Of a DNA stretch of 64,000 bases, positions 55,201-64,000 are shown piece by piece (position 1 is the first letter of the stretch; each line of letters begins with the position of its first letter). A program made the translations under genes and the position numbers. This stretch comes from a virus: positions 32,001 through 96,000 of the IMG/VR virus record IMGVR_UViG_3300011116_000796. The stretch is one strand, 5' to 3'. The notes under the pieces are model-generated. The model saw nothing but the letters and a program-made list of their open reading frames with translations, was not told where the DNA came from and searched no databases.

Positions 55201-56649
55201 GGAGGTGAGCATCTACGAAGACTTTTCCTGGAACTTCTAGGCAGTTATGTTTACCTGCCCTATAACGACCGAACAATATTCAACATACGATTCTATCCTC
55301 CTAGTTGTTATCCCGAACGTTTGCCATGCGATGGATCATCAAATTCTATTGAGAGATTACGGTCGATTTCAGAGTGGCTTGACACAATATTTGGTCAAAT
55401 TATACCTCAATTCATTAACGGTTTCGCCATGAAAACCCCGTGCTCACTTTATCATATTCTAAAATCTGATTCATGGGGTACAAGCAGTTTCAATAATAGG
55501 TTTTTGGCAGTGGGTACACAGAGTATACAAGGATGTTTGGATTCGTCTGGGGCTGAAAATCCATATAATTTACAACCAAATCAAAAAATGCCTCCTGTTC
55601 CGGCAGGCTGCATAGAACGCATGAAAGAGTTGTGCGATAATTATCAAAACCATCCTTCGCATATCAGCAAAATTATACAGTGTGCGCTTGATAAATTAAA
55701 AACTCCACAAGGACTAGGATTGCTCTCCGATGAGTTATGCTTTCATAATTTCATTGAATGTGATGAGAATGGTAATCCTCGCATGAAGTCTCTTCAAGAA
55801 ATTCAGGATCACTTGAATAAATTATTCAAGAAATTGTTGGAATCTTGTTGTCGAAGTATTTCAATACAAGGGCGGCAAGCAGAGGAGGATAGAGGGGTGC
55901 AGAACCCTGATTATCAGTTTGGATGCTGTGATTATACATGTACGGAATACTGTTTAGCATCAGGTTGTGTAGATGACCCTAATACTCCTAGTGTTCAGGA
56001 GGATAGAGTTTCTTGCTCTACTATTGTAGAATATTTGATGGGGAATGTGAGTACCACCCTACCTAATTGCTTCCCATGTGTAGGTGCCCGCCGCCCCGGA
56101 CGCAGGATGGTTTCAAATTCCGATTCTCAGGATGGAGGGCTTCCGGATCCAGACACCAGTGGTCCAGGTGGGCCTGTCTTTAGTGATGACGCTATCTGTG
56201 GACAACTTATCATATCTACGACAGAAATTGTAGAAAATGGTTTAAGAAGACTAAGAGGCAATCAATCATCGGGTTTACCTAATGACGCACCTCAGATACC
56301 TCCCGTTCCCTCATTCTTTAATTGTAAAGAAGCATTTGAGGCGATTGAACGAATTGGGGATAGTTTAGTTTGGTGCCATACCGGAATTCCGGCTTACGAG
56401 GCTCGGTGTCGGTTACACAAAGCCGCAATAGCGTGTTACCGAGAAATGCAAAGAACAGGTAGTATGTCACTTGAATGCTATCAGAAACTTGAAGAGTATG
56501 AGAAATCGATTGAAGATTATAGAGATGGCTTGCTTGATCAAGGGGCACCCCCAGGGGTGGTGTTGCGGGGTGAAGCACAATATTTGTTGGAAGCAATCAG
56601 ATATATTTTGGAAAACTGCATTGCGCTTCGAAAACCCATAGATCCGTAA
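52222..56649 (+). CDS. Very large Cys/Pro/Trp-rich hypothetical protein
   Basis: 1475-aa ORF with about 66 Cys by hand count, repeated CC-helix units and Pro-rich linkers; inserted between gp14 and gp15. Confidence 0.75.
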   Translation: MSFQVNPNDSFTPDNISINIPPSSGQSERDRQRCCADAVQKLLEKLRRLELTSPIPLLSRRNGLPPIPEECSSNACNAACLNWLEMLWRYIYNQRDGNGDLKNKQALDAVSETLSNRCFPRNYPPSPPKPETRPLVLPDYKTIDPSQPDYKIIDPSQIGRLDCCSQSFNNLLVKLKELTGKSNIHDMETEWLHAPCTVQEVESGSCIPYSKRLELKRLTDGLDKNCQNTNPTGDREVAGALACQSKCKEYLEQLYSWYLNLPVEQQSPNHSEILRLIPEAYNNPCYNRSPVNTGDFVDTEGYWIDAPVQYRSITPDTLPDGLSVIEIIPINNPDSIRPTSDRVVPLGWEFRPEIYVREQVAKCCAELQRIKDAYRNQNPPIQGLQELDSNDCDFLDQVRAIVNRNPNGFAEQQLQRMANNCFTLWKWWTGQLLESGDPELPSAPGLQISPIVDRYNQFLKQLKEWWNTPEAQRNPKCPNGGVVHPSDIENGVVPYLPPPGISICDYTYCYALNGASAEDGPHGPLMPIFSQGWWQWWNTRQRDGKSLPVLNPKFMKKLLKSYPQFLGISCRLAGVLEFNPEQPCSVPADSGLSPTPGPNRLIRPGYGGDHGCSFYPHLFPSDGQDLTKNCMKVVVYYGGQQKVICVCKDGSPNPLIPGDPQLWREFEPPLPPTPDDGPGFTPTWAPEGCKCIDLPSPFPGIPGSGCPQPPEGYRSASLPLGRVPPFSFVNANSTIVLNSLAYISSNLWKSRQSRAKACAALTKAGELYTQYNTLLPSGIKSWPFNYSDKKIAGECGFNPPINGYDGVPLFNYGIDCVGGITDPRSHIKTVIDWVKCHRDAAANKKGVGGNVGRWNHILKQFEDLYNEGEGSSFIYRNASDASLVEYSSPEEGDIFTDSVAGVSDAVTQNCQSILERRLKTISYRLAIIKCLIQRCFNNYYYSDCDNNGVCTTPRNFNSMSVVERDNLERELFECLNYYSQMLNYLLPAEVFGGGGEHLRRLFLELLGSYVYLPYNDRTIFNIRFYPPSCYPERLPCDGSSNSIERLRSISEWLDTIFGQIIPQFINGFAMKTPCSLYHILKSDSWGTSSFNNRFLAVGTQSIQGCLDSSGAENPYNLQPNQKMPPVPAGCIERMKELCDNYQNHPSHISKIIQCALDKLKTPQGLGLLSDELCFHNFIECDENGNPRMKSLQEIQDHLNKLFKKLLESCCRSISIQGRQAEEDRGVQNPDYQFGCCDYTCTEYCLASGCVDDPNTPSVQEDRVSCSTIVEYLMGNVSTTLPNCFPCVGARRPGRRMVSNSDSQDGGLPDPDTSGPGGPVFSDDAICGQLIISTTEIVENGLRRLRGNQSSGLPNDAPQIPPVPSFFNCKEAFEAIERIGDSLVWCHTGIPAYEARCRLHKAAIACYREMQRTGSMSLECYQKLEEYEKSIEDYRDGLLDQGAPPGVVLRGEAQYLLEAIRYILENCIALRKPIDP
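52633..52692 (+). repeat. 30-bp tandem duplication (PDYK[T/I]IDPSQ x2)
   Basis: CCCGATTATAAAACAATAGATCCATCGCAA / CCCGATTATAAAATAATAGATCCGTCGCAA, 2 mismatches. Confidence 0.9.
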
Positions 56650-56678
56650 CCATAATGAATGATATGTGAATTGATGAT

Positions 56679-57725
56679 ATGGAAACCCCCAACATTAAAA
56701 ATGTCTACTTACAAAATGTTAACATCTTTGGTGTTGGGGGATTTCCTATCAAACCGAAAGATTACGTTGATGACTATTTCATTCCTTGGTTGAGGGAGGA
56801 TTCTTTATGGGAGTCCAATCTCAAAAATTTAATCGATTGCTGCAATGCCAGGCAAGTAAAATTTTTACTTGGGGATGAGTGCTCTGAAGAGATTGATATA
56901 CAATTGTCAATCCCAACAGACCACCCTGATTCCGAGGAGTTTCGAATTCTTGGTGTATCAGGATGTAAGAAACTACAGGAGTATTGGATAAATTGGTTTT
57001 CTCCTGTCAATGGCAAGAGTGAACAAGGAACTATTAGATTATGGAATAATTGGAGACAGTCGATAAATTCTCTTTCAGAATATTGGAAAACCACCCCTTC
57101 CGCAAAAATCTGTAAGGACATTGTTCATCCATCATTCATAGAAAGCGGCATGGTTCCTTACCTTCCTATGAACGGACTTCCGATCTGTGACTATACATGG
57201 AAGATAGCAATATGCGGTGGAGATGGTAATACAGATTTACACCCCCCCCACACAATTCCCTTTAGCGAAAATTGGTGGATGGCTTACATAAATGCGAGAG
57301 TTGTCGGGAAAAAAGTGCCCGCAATAAATCCAGTTTGGTTTAATCGAATGTATCAAGAGTATGATAGAGGATTCCGAATATCATGTGTGTCTAAAGTATT
57401 AAGTGATCTGTCCGTAGATTGGCCTGGTGTGAGTTTCGGAGCGATCCCTGCTGGAGTAATTACATTCAACTCAAGTTCTCCTTGTACTGGATTGGGCAAT
57501 TTGAATTCACTACCAACAGATGTCAAAAGGTGGAAAATTGACTCTTCGGACTATAAAACTCCTTACATATTCACCGAAAAGCAAAATGTATTTTCGGGAG
57601 AGTGTTTAAATTCTGTTATTCCGATTGGATCTTCGATGCAGTCCCGATGTTTCTGTAAAAGCAAATTACATACTGTGAATGGCATAACAATTCGTGAATA
57701 TACTCTGACGGAGAATTGTCAATGA
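56679..57725 (+). CDS. Cys-rich hypothetical protein, paralogous to a central domain of the 52222 protein
   Basis: Shares VHPS.IE.G.VPYLP..G..ICDYT, FS..WW, K..P..NP, ISC and AGV..FN...PC with ORF 52222. Confidence 0.75.
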   Translation: METPNIKNVYLQNVNIFGVGGFPIKPKDYVDDYFIPWLREDSLWESNLKNLIDCCNARQVKFLLGDECSEEIDIQLSIPTDHPDSEEFRILGVSGCKKLQEYWINWFSPVNGKSEQGTIRLWNNWRQSINSLSEYWKTTPSAKICKDIVHPSFIESGMVPYLPMNGLPICDYTWKIAICGGDGNTDLHPPHTIPFSENWWMAYINARVVGKKVPAINPVWFNRMYQEYDRGFRISCVSKVLSDLSVDWPGVSFGAIPAGVITFNSSSPCTGLGNLNSLPTDVKRWKIDSSDYKTPYIFTEKQNVFSGECLNSVIPIGSSMQSRCFCKSKLHTVNGITIREYTLTENCQ

Positions 57726-58528
57726 CAGATTATTATTATCACAGCACCATCAGAAAAGTTGTAGTGGCTTTTGCATCTTTGTTTAATGACATATATGTGT
57801 CGAGAAAAGGTGCTGATGGTAGTGAGATTGAAAGAATCAAAGTTCCAATCGCATATGGACCCAAGCAAAAGTTTTTGGCTAGACTTGATAGAATAGGTAA
57901 GGATTTCGATCAACCAATAAAGATAGAGTCTTATTTACCGAGACTTTGTTTTGAAATTGGTAACCTTCAATACGATTCCTCTAGAAAGTTAAACAGCATA
58001 CAGAAAACTGTTGCATATTCTTCAGACAACGATTTATATCGTAGATTGGAGAAGGTTCCATACAACATGTCTTTGACATTGAGTATCATGACTAAAACGA
58101 TGGATGACAATCTTCAAATAATGGAGCAAATTCTTCCGATGTTCGGTCCTGAATTCACTTTTACAATCAAGGCTGTTGAACCAACAGATGTAGATGTTGA
58201 CGTTCCTCTCGTATTCTCTTCGTCATCTATGAGTGATGGTGATGATGGGAGTTACGGAGATTACTCCACAAGAAAGATTACACTTTCAAATATTCAATTT
58301 ACTGCAAAGATGTATCTGTATGGTCCTGTCAAGAGACAGAAACTCATTACACAAACTGAGGCAACACTTATTGATACTGATTTTGTTGATTCTGGTCTTA
58401 CTAACCCACCAAAATACGCTGATATTGTTGCCATGCCACAGCCTGATGCTAATCCTCTAACTTATGATCCGAACGACTTAGGAAAAACGGGTGGAGCATC
58501 AGTTGTCATTACGGAAAATACAGGATGA
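57722..58528 (+). CDS. 15: Tail sheath stabiliser / tail terminator
   Basis: YYYHSTIRKVVVAFASLFNDI, IKVPIAYGPKQKFLARL, LPR..FEI, YD..RKL, VPYN, QIMEQILP.F.P, FTAKMYLYGP. ATG 57722 has an ATGA overlap with the upstream stop. Confidence 0.96.
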   Translation: MTDYYYHSTIRKVVVAFASLFNDIYVSRKGADGSEIERIKVPIAYGPKQKFLARLDRIGKDFDQPIKIESYLPRLCFEIGNLQYDSSRKLNSIQKTVAYSSDNDLYRRLEKVPYNMSLTLSIMTKTMDDNLQIMEQILPMFGPEFTFTIKAVEPTDVDVDVPLVFSSSSMSDGDDGSYGDYSTRKITLSNIQFTAKMYLYGPVKRQKLITQTEATLIDTDFVDSGLTNPPKYADIVAMPQPDANPLTYDPNDLGKTGGASVVITENTG

Positions 58529-58986
58529 TTATGGACTCTAATTCCAATATAGCAAAAGAACTTGATATCAATATTGATGTGACTGAACCGAAGAAAATTC
58601 AACCGGTTAAATCGGAGATTGAATCTAAACCATACAAGACATCTGAAGCAGATGATGATTACAACGAGGTCCGCAAGAATTTGAAAGTTGTAATTGAGCA
58701 GTCTAATAGTGCAATACAAGGCATTCTAGAACTTGCTGAAGATAGTCAGCAGCCCCGTGCATATGAAGTGGTTGCACAGTTGATCGGCCAAACTCTTGAG
58801 GCAAACACCAAACTGATAGACTTGCACCGCCGTATGAAAGACATCAAAAAGGAAGATGCACCGTCAAAAGCAGCAAGTGTAACCAACAATAGTATCTTCG
58901 TTGGCAGCACGGCAGAGTTGCAAAAAATGATCAAGGCACAGCAGAAGCAGATGATCGATGTGAAGCCGATTGAAGAGTCCAAATAA
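58525..58986 (+). CDS. 16: Terminase small subunit
   Basis: DDYNEVRKNL, LELA..SQQPRAYEVVAQLI, VTNNSIFVGSTAELQK. Confidence 0.95.
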   Translation: MIMDSNSNIAKELDINIDVTEPKKIQPVKSEIESKPYKTSEADDDYNEVRKNLKVVIEQSNSAIQGILELAEDSQQPRAYEVVAQLIGQTLEANTKLIDLHRRMKDIKKEDAPSKAASVTNNSIFVGSTAELQKMIKAQQKQMIDVKPIEESK

Positions 58987-60656
58987 TGCGTAAAACTGAT
59001 GACACATATCTTGGCAATCCGCTACTCAAAGGCGGAAACATCAAGATTGAATTCACCAAGGATCAGTTGGAGGAGTACATCAAATGCTCCCAAGATCCTG
59101 TTTACTTCATGGAAAACCACATGAAGATTGTGACTTTGGATCAGGGTTTAGTGACTATTACTCTGTATGACTTTCAGAAAGAAATTGTCAGATCGGTTCA
59201 TGACAATCGATTTACCATCTGCAAGATTCCCCGTCAGTCGGGAAAGACAACATGTCTTATTGGTGAGATAGTGCATCAAGTTCTGTTCAATCAGAATTAC
59301 AAGGTGGCAATTCTTGCAAACAAATTGAAGACGGCCACCGAAATTATGGACAGAGTCAAGATAGTGTATGAAAACTTGCCTAAGTGGATGCAGCAGGGAG
59401 TCATCGAATGGAATAAGACTAGTATCACACTTGAGAACGGATCGAAAGTCATGTGTTCATCCACATCGTCAAGTGCGGTTCGTGGATCGTCATATAACTT
59501 CCTTCTCTTGGATGAATTTGCATTCGTCCCTGATGAAATAGCAGAAGACTTCTTTGCATCAGTCTATCCCACCATCACAGCAGGACAGACAACAAAGACT
59601 GTGATTGTTAGTACTCCGAATGGACTGAACCTGTACTACAAGTTGTGGCAGAATGCCAAACAAGGAAGATCAAACTTCAAAGCAGTAGAAGCACATTGGT
59701 GGCAGATTCCTGGTCGTGATGAGAAGTTCAAAGCAGAGACAATCAAGAACACATCTGAACGGCATTGGGCTTCAGAATACGAGTGCGAGTTCCTCGGTTC
59801 ACAAGACACACTAATCAAAGCATCGAAACTTGCTTCATTGTCTTTCTCGGAACCAATACTTAGAACAAGTGATGGTCTTTGCGTGTATGAGTCCCCGAAG
59901 GAAGCGCATTTATACTCTATTACAGTAGATACGAGTAGGTCTATAGGCCAAGACTATAATGCGTTTGTTGTTACTGATGTCACGCAAGTTCCGTACAAAG
60001 TTGTTGCAAAGTACAGAAACAATCAGATACCAAATGCGGTTTATCCGAATGTGATCTTTTCTGTCGCAAGCAAATACAACGAAGCCTATGTTCTAGTTGA
60101 AATCAATGATGTTGGTCAGCAAATTGCTGATCTTCTTCGGGAAGAGTTAGAGTATGAGAATATTCTTGAGGTGGTTGTTAAAGGAAAGAAAGCACAAAAA
60201 CTAGGAGTTGCCTACGGAGGAATGCGATCTTATTCTGGTCTCAAGATGAGTGTGCAGACCAAAAAACTAGGTTGTATGGCTCTAAAAGAAATGGTAGAAG
60301 GCAACAAATTAATACTCAATGATTTTGATGTTATATCTGAATTGAGTACATTTGTTTCTAAAGGACAATCCTATGAGGCAAGTTCAGGATATCACGACGA
60401 TTTAGTGGCATCTCTTGTACTTTTTGGGTGGATGACAACTCAGCCATATTTCCAAGAACTGACAAATATTGATACAAGAAGACGAATTTATGAGGAAAAG
60501 ATCAAAAAACTTGAGGAGGATCTTACTCCATTTGGGTTTGTCGGAAACCATGAAATAGATGATGCGACTGAATCGATTAGAGAGTTGTCTAGAGAAAGCA
60601 CGGGACAGCCAATTATAAGATCTGATTGGGGTCTACAATCAGACGAGATTCTATGA
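58986..60656 (+). CDS. 17: Terminase large subunit
   Basis: YLGNPLLK, PRQSGKTT, VRG.S, LLDEFAFV, VSTPNG.N, EYECEFLGS, GYHDDLV. Confidence 0.98.
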   Translation: MRKTDDTYLGNPLLKGGNIKIEFTKDQLEEYIKCSQDPVYFMENHMKIVTLDQGLVTITLYDFQKEIVRSVHDNRFTICKIPRQSGKTTCLIGEIVHQVLFNQNYKVAILANKLKTATEIMDRVKIVYENLPKWMQQGVIEWNKTSITLENGSKVMCSSTSSSAVRGSSYNFLLLDEFAFVPDEIAEDFFASVYPTITAGQTTKTVIVSTPNGLNLYYKLWQNAKQGRSNFKAVEAHWWQIPGRDEKFKAETIKNTSERHWASEYECEFLGSQDTLIKASKLASLSFSEPILRTSDGLCVYESPKEAHLYSITVDTSRSIGQDYNAFVVTDVTQVPYKVVAKYRNNQIPNAVYPNVIFSVASKYNEAYVLVEINDVGQQIADLLREELEYENILEVVVKGKKAQKLGVAYGGMRSYSGLKMSVQTKKLGCMALKEMVEGNKLILNDFDVISELSTFVSKGQSYEASSGYHDDLVASLVLFGWMTTQPYFQELTNIDTRRRIYEEKIKKLEEDLTPFGFVGNHEIDDATESIRELSRESTGQPIIRSDWGLQSDEIL

Positions 60657-60660
60657 AACA

Positions 60661-60667
60661 CTAAATA
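60661..60667 (+). promoter_or_regulatory. Late promoter for gp18 (CTAAATA)
   Basis: Upstream of SD AGGAG and ATG 60710. Confidence 0.75.
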
Positions 60668-60709
60668 CCCTCGACTAACCAAAGTCTATTAAATTAGGAG
60701 ACTATTCAG

Positions 60710-62554
60710 ATGGCATTCCAACTTTCTCCAGGTGTAAATGTAACAGAGCGGGATCTTACAACGATTGTACCGTCTGTCGCCACTACAAATGCAGCATTTG
60801 CTGGCATATTCTCATGGGGTCCAATGAACAAGCGGGTTCTGATTGATAGTGAGAATGCCCTTGCAAGAACATTTGGCCTTCCAAATAATCACAATTTTCA
60901 ATATTGGTTTACTGCGGCAAACTTTTTGCAATATGGAAATAATCTTCAGGTGGTAAGAACATCAGGAATGACTGCGTTCAATGCCACATCTATTACCGGT
61001 GCGGCAGAAGAACTTAGAGTCAATAATGACGATGATGTGAATAATGCATCGTTGACTGCACATGGAGTGTTTTTTGCCAAATATCCTGGTGCGTTGGGAA
61101 ATTCAATTGGAATTCAAATTTGCGGATCTGAAGCATCTGTTTTTGATGAAGATGGTGGTGATTTGATAGATCCAGGATTTGCTGATTGGGCATATTCCGA
61201 TGAATTTGATGGTCCTCCGGAAACCAGTGAATATGTTTCCAGTTTAGGGGGGAAATCGGATCAATTTCATTTAGTTGTTATTGATACAACTGGAAAGTGG
61301 ACCGGTGCATCTGGAAGTGTTCTTGAGAGATTTGCAAATCTCTCTCAAGATAAAGATGGACAGGATTTCAATGGAATATCCTCTTACTATAGAGAAAGAA
61401 TTAATTCAAGTTCAAGGTACATTGGATGTCCATTGGATAATATCGATAGTGCAATTGGAAATACTGCTTTAGTAAACGGAGTCGCAGAAGGCTCAACGAC
61501 AAATTACAAATATGTTCATGTAAATACTGATCAAGAAGATAAAATGCCATCAGATTCTAAATCATTTGGCGTTTTAAAATATGTTCTTCAGGGCGGGAAA
61601 GATCCAGTGGTGGATAATACTCCCGAATCATATGTTCAAGTCGCCTTTAGTCTAACGGGTGGAGGATATAACGCATTCAAGGATTCTGAGATTGCCGATG
61701 TCAATTTAATACTAGGTGGTCCAGAATATTGTCCTCAGAGCGCATCAGATGAAAAATTGGAAGAGTCATATCAAACAGTCGGTAAGATGCTTAAAGACCT
61801 TGTTGATGCTAGGAAGGACTGTGTCGCATTTCTTTCTTGTCCGATCAATAATGCAAGCATGAGCGAAACGGACAAGTTGAGTATTGCTAAGAAGTATCGT
61901 AACGATATCGGTTCTTCGTCTTATGTGGTCATCGATAGTGGTTACAAATATATGTACGATATCTACAATGATAAGTATCGTTGGGTTCCTTTGAATGGAG
62001 ACATCGCCGGATTGTGCGCTCGGACAGATTCCACCAATGATCCTTGGTATAGTCCCGCAGGATTCAATCGGGGTAATATTAAAGGGGTTGTTAAGTTAGC
62101 ATTTAATCCAACGCAGAGTTTCCGTGATGAATTGTACAAGAACGGAATCAATCCAGTTGTAACATTCCCCGGTGAAGGAACAGTCCTTTATGGCGATAAA
62201 ACTGCACAAGCAAAGCCATCTGCATTCGACCGCATCAATGTGCGCCGTTTGTTCATCGTCCTTGAAAAGGCAATTGCAACGGCCTCAAAGTATAGCCTTT
62301 TCGAATTCAACGATTCATTCACACGGGCACAGTTTGTGTCTCTAGTTGAACCCTTCCTTCGTGATGTTCAGGCTAGAAGAGGAATCATCGACTTTAAAGT
62401 TGTTTGTAACGAAAGAAACAATACACCTGAAGTCATCGACGGCAACCGATTTGTGGCTGATATTTACATCAAGCCCAACCGCAGCATCAATTTCATCCAA
62501 CTGAACTTTGTTGCTACAAGAACAGGTGTTTCGTTCAACGAGGTTGGGGCGTAA
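60710..62554 (+). CDS. 18: Tail sheath protein
   Basis: MAFQLSPGVNVTERDLT, F.WGP, FTAANFLQYG, KYPGALGN, PWYSPAGFNRG, FDRINVRRLF, KPNRSINFIQLNFVATRTGVSF. Confidence 0.98.
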   Translation: MAFQLSPGVNVTERDLTTIVPSVATTNAAFAGIFSWGPMNKRVLIDSENALARTFGLPNNHNFQYWFTAANFLQYGNNLQVVRTSGMTAFNATSITGAAEELRVNNDDDVNNASLTAHGVFFAKYPGALGNSIGIQICGSEASVFDEDGGDLIDPGFADWAYSDEFDGPPETSEYVSSLGGKSDQFHLVVIDTTGKWTGASGSVLERFANLSQDKDGQDFNGISSYYRERINSSSRYIGCPLDNIDSAIGNTALVNGVAEGSTTNYKYVHVNTDQEDKMPSDSKSFGVLKYVLQGGKDPVVDNTPESYVQVAFSLTGGGYNAFKDSEIADVNLILGGPEYCPQSASDEKLEESYQTVGKMLKDLVDARKDCVAFLSCPINNASMSETDKLSIAKKYRNDIGSSSYVVIDSGYKYMYDIYNDKYRWVPLNGDIAGLCARTDSTNDPWYSPAGFNRGNIKGVVKLAFNPTQSFRDELYKNGINPVVTFPGEGTVLYGDKTAQAKPSAFDRINVRRLFIVLEKAIATASKYSLFEFNDSFTRAQFVSLVEPFLRDVQARRGIIDFKVVCNERNNTPEVIDGNRFVADIYIKPNRSINFIQLNFVATRTGVSFNEVGA

Positions 62555-62590
62555 TTCATCATCTCTACAAATATAAATTAGGAGAAAAAA

Positions 62591-63217
62591 ATGTCACAAT
62601 TTAGTATCGATGGATTCAGAGCAAATCTTGTAAATGGCGTAGCCAGAAACAACCTATTCCTAGTTCAGGGCAACTTTCCAAATGCAGGACTTGGTGCAGT
62701 CAATTTTGCAGCAGCGGCAGCGGGGGCTTTGCTTGGTGCCGCCGCAGCAGGAGCGGTAAATGCCGTTGCTGGTGCATTAGGAGCAGGAAGCCCAAACAAT
62801 CAAGTTTCGTTTCTGGCAAAATCAGCATCTATTCCTAATAGTGTGTTGAATATAGGCACAGCAAATTATATGGGTCGGCAGTTTAAGTATCCTGCTGATC
62901 GCACGTTCAATGACTGGAATATCACAGTCTACAATGATGGAGCATATACTCTTCGTAAAGCGTTTGAATCGTGGCAAAATACAATTAACACGAATAAGAC
63001 CAATGTTGGTCCAAATGCAATGAACACATTTATGACAGATTGGTATGTGTCTCCACTTACCCGTGAAGGTAATGTGATTACTACTTATAAGTTCGTTGGA
63101 TGCTGGCCTTCAACACTAGGCGAAATCGCCCTAGACATGGGTCAACAATCTGAGCCTTCAAATTTCCAAGTTACTATGACATATCAGTACTATGAAATTG
63201 CGAATGTCACCACTTGA
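62591..63217 (+). CDS. 19: Tail tube protein (with Ala/Gly-rich insertion)
   Basis: ARNNLFLV, FLAKSASIP, GRQFK...DRTF.DW.ITVYND, LRKAFESW, YKF.G.WP, F.VT..YQY. Confidence 0.95.
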   Translation: MSQFSIDGFRANLVNGVARNNLFLVQGNFPNAGLGAVNFAAAAAGALLGAAAAGAVNAVAGALGAGSPNNQVSFLAKSASIPNSVLNIGTANYMGRQFKYPADRTFNDWNITVYNDGAYTLRKAFESWQNTINTNKTNVGPNAMNTFMTDWYVSPLTREGNVITTYKFVGCWPSTLGEIALDMGQQSEPSNFQVTMTYQYYEIANVTT

Positions 63218-63220
63218 TCC

Positions 63221-63227
63221 ATAAATA
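63221..63227 (+). promoter_or_regulatory. Late promoter for gp20 (ATAAATA)
   Basis: Upstream of SD AGGAG and ATG 63272. Confidence 0.7.
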
Positions 63228-63271
63228 AGAAGACGCTCTCCCAGGATCAAGAATAGGAGCGATAATATATC

Positions 63272-64000
63272 ATGGCAGAACTATTTGGATTCAAACTAGA
63301 GCGGTCCAAGAAGCAGAAGGAAAACTTCAAAGCACTAAAGTCGTTCGTGGTTCCAACCTCGGACGATGGTGCCATTCCAGTAGAAGCCGGTGGTTTCTAT
63401 GGTCAATATGTTGACCTAGACGGAACGATAAGAAATGACTTTGAATTGGTCATGAAATATCGTGAAATGGCAATGGACCCCATTACAGAGATTGCTGTTG
63501 ATGATATTGTCAACGAATCAATTGTTCTTGGTGAAAAGAAAGCACCTGTGAAGATCATACTTGATCGTCTGAAACAGCCAGACAGCATCAAAGAGAAGAT
63601 TCATGAAGAGTTTCGTAACATTCTGAGAGTGTTGCAGTTTGAAACTAAAGGAGCAGACATCTTTCGCAGATGGTATGTGGACAGCCGAATCTATTTCCAC
63701 ATCATAGTTGATGAAGAGAATCCACAGAAGGGCATTCTTGAGTGCCGATATGTTGACCCGATGAATATCACGAAGATTCGTGAGTTCAAGAAAGAGACAC
63801 TCAAGGACGGCACGAAAGTCATCGCTGGATATCATGACTTCTACATCTACAACAAGGATAATCCCCGTCAGGGTGGAAATGTCAGCGGAACGAAAATCAG
63901 CGACGATGCAATTGCATTCTGTTCGTCAGGATTGATGGACTCTCGTTACAAGAGAATCGTTGGATTCCTCCACAAAGCAATCAAACCACTTAATCAATTG
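63272..64000 (+). CDS. 20: Portal protein, 5' part (runs off window; not in ORF track)
   Basis: Translates MAELFGFKLE...DDGA...GGFYGQYVDLDG...KYREMA...AVDDIVNE...FRRWYVD.RI.FH...LHKAIKPLNQL. Confidence 0.97.
   Translation, partial: MAELFGFKLERSKKQKENFKALKSFVVPTSDDGAIPVEAGGFYGQYVDLDGTIRNDFELVMKYREMAMDPITEIAVDDIVNESIVLGEKKAPVKIILDRLKQPDSIKEKIHEEFRNILRVLQFETKGADIFRRWYVDSRIYFHIIVDEENPQKGILECRYVDPMNITKIREFKKETLKDGTKVIAGYHDFYIYNKDNPRQGGNVSGTKISDDAIAFCSSGLMDSRYKRIVGFLHKAIKPLNQL

Noticed and set aside
57242-57249. C8 homopolymer as a phase-variation switch in ORF 56679
   Set aside because: It encodes H-P-P-H in a Pro-rich protein and the frame is intact; no evidence of slippage without reads.
38136-57725. 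Diversity-generating retroelement acting on fibres or Cys-rich genes
   Set aside because: No reverse transcriptase and no near-identical repeat pair differing at adenines was seen; the paralogy is old and at protein level.
4039-62554. Stop-codon reassignment, introns or inteins in core genes
   Set aside because: Core genes (gp46, uvsW, gp17, gp18, gp6) are intact and of normal length under the standard code; TAA, TGA and TAG all end genes.

Overview
A 64-kb segment of a T4-like myovirus genome with cyanophage/aquatic-type gene content. It uses the standard genetic code, and I saw no tRNA, rRNA, CRISPR array, intron or intein. The left part (3.6-14.6 kb) holds recombination, replication and transcription genes: gp46, gp47, gp55, uvsW, uvsY, a RuvC-like nuclease, RNase H, a PD-(D/E)XK nuclease, gp33 and gp32. 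A minus-strand block (14.7-20.1 kb) holds the tape measure, gp51-like, gp26, gp54-like, gp2 and gp4 genes. The long plus-strand virion module (20.1-64 kb) holds gp48, gp53, hub, gp5, PAAR, gp25, gp6, gp7, gp8, a VrlC-like protein, two tail fibres, gp13-gp19 and a partial gp20 portal. Family calls come from recognised motifs and synteny only; no searches were run. Main leads: (1) a probable programmed -1 frameshift (T TTT TTC) fusing gp26 to the gp51-like ORF just upstream of the tape measure, resembling lambda G/GT; (2) a candidate virion-glycosylation system, with a late-promoter-driven GT2-TPR glycosyltransferase amid structural proteins rich in G-x-[T/S]-[G/A]; (3) a family of large paralogous Cys/Pro/Trp-rich proteins inserted into the tail-fibre and neck clusters, one with a virion-attachment-type N-terminus; (4) an apparent ATC start codon for gp4, many leaderless-looking transcripts, 16-bp-spacer promoters, a possible small structured late RNA and an AGTACT repeat cluster.
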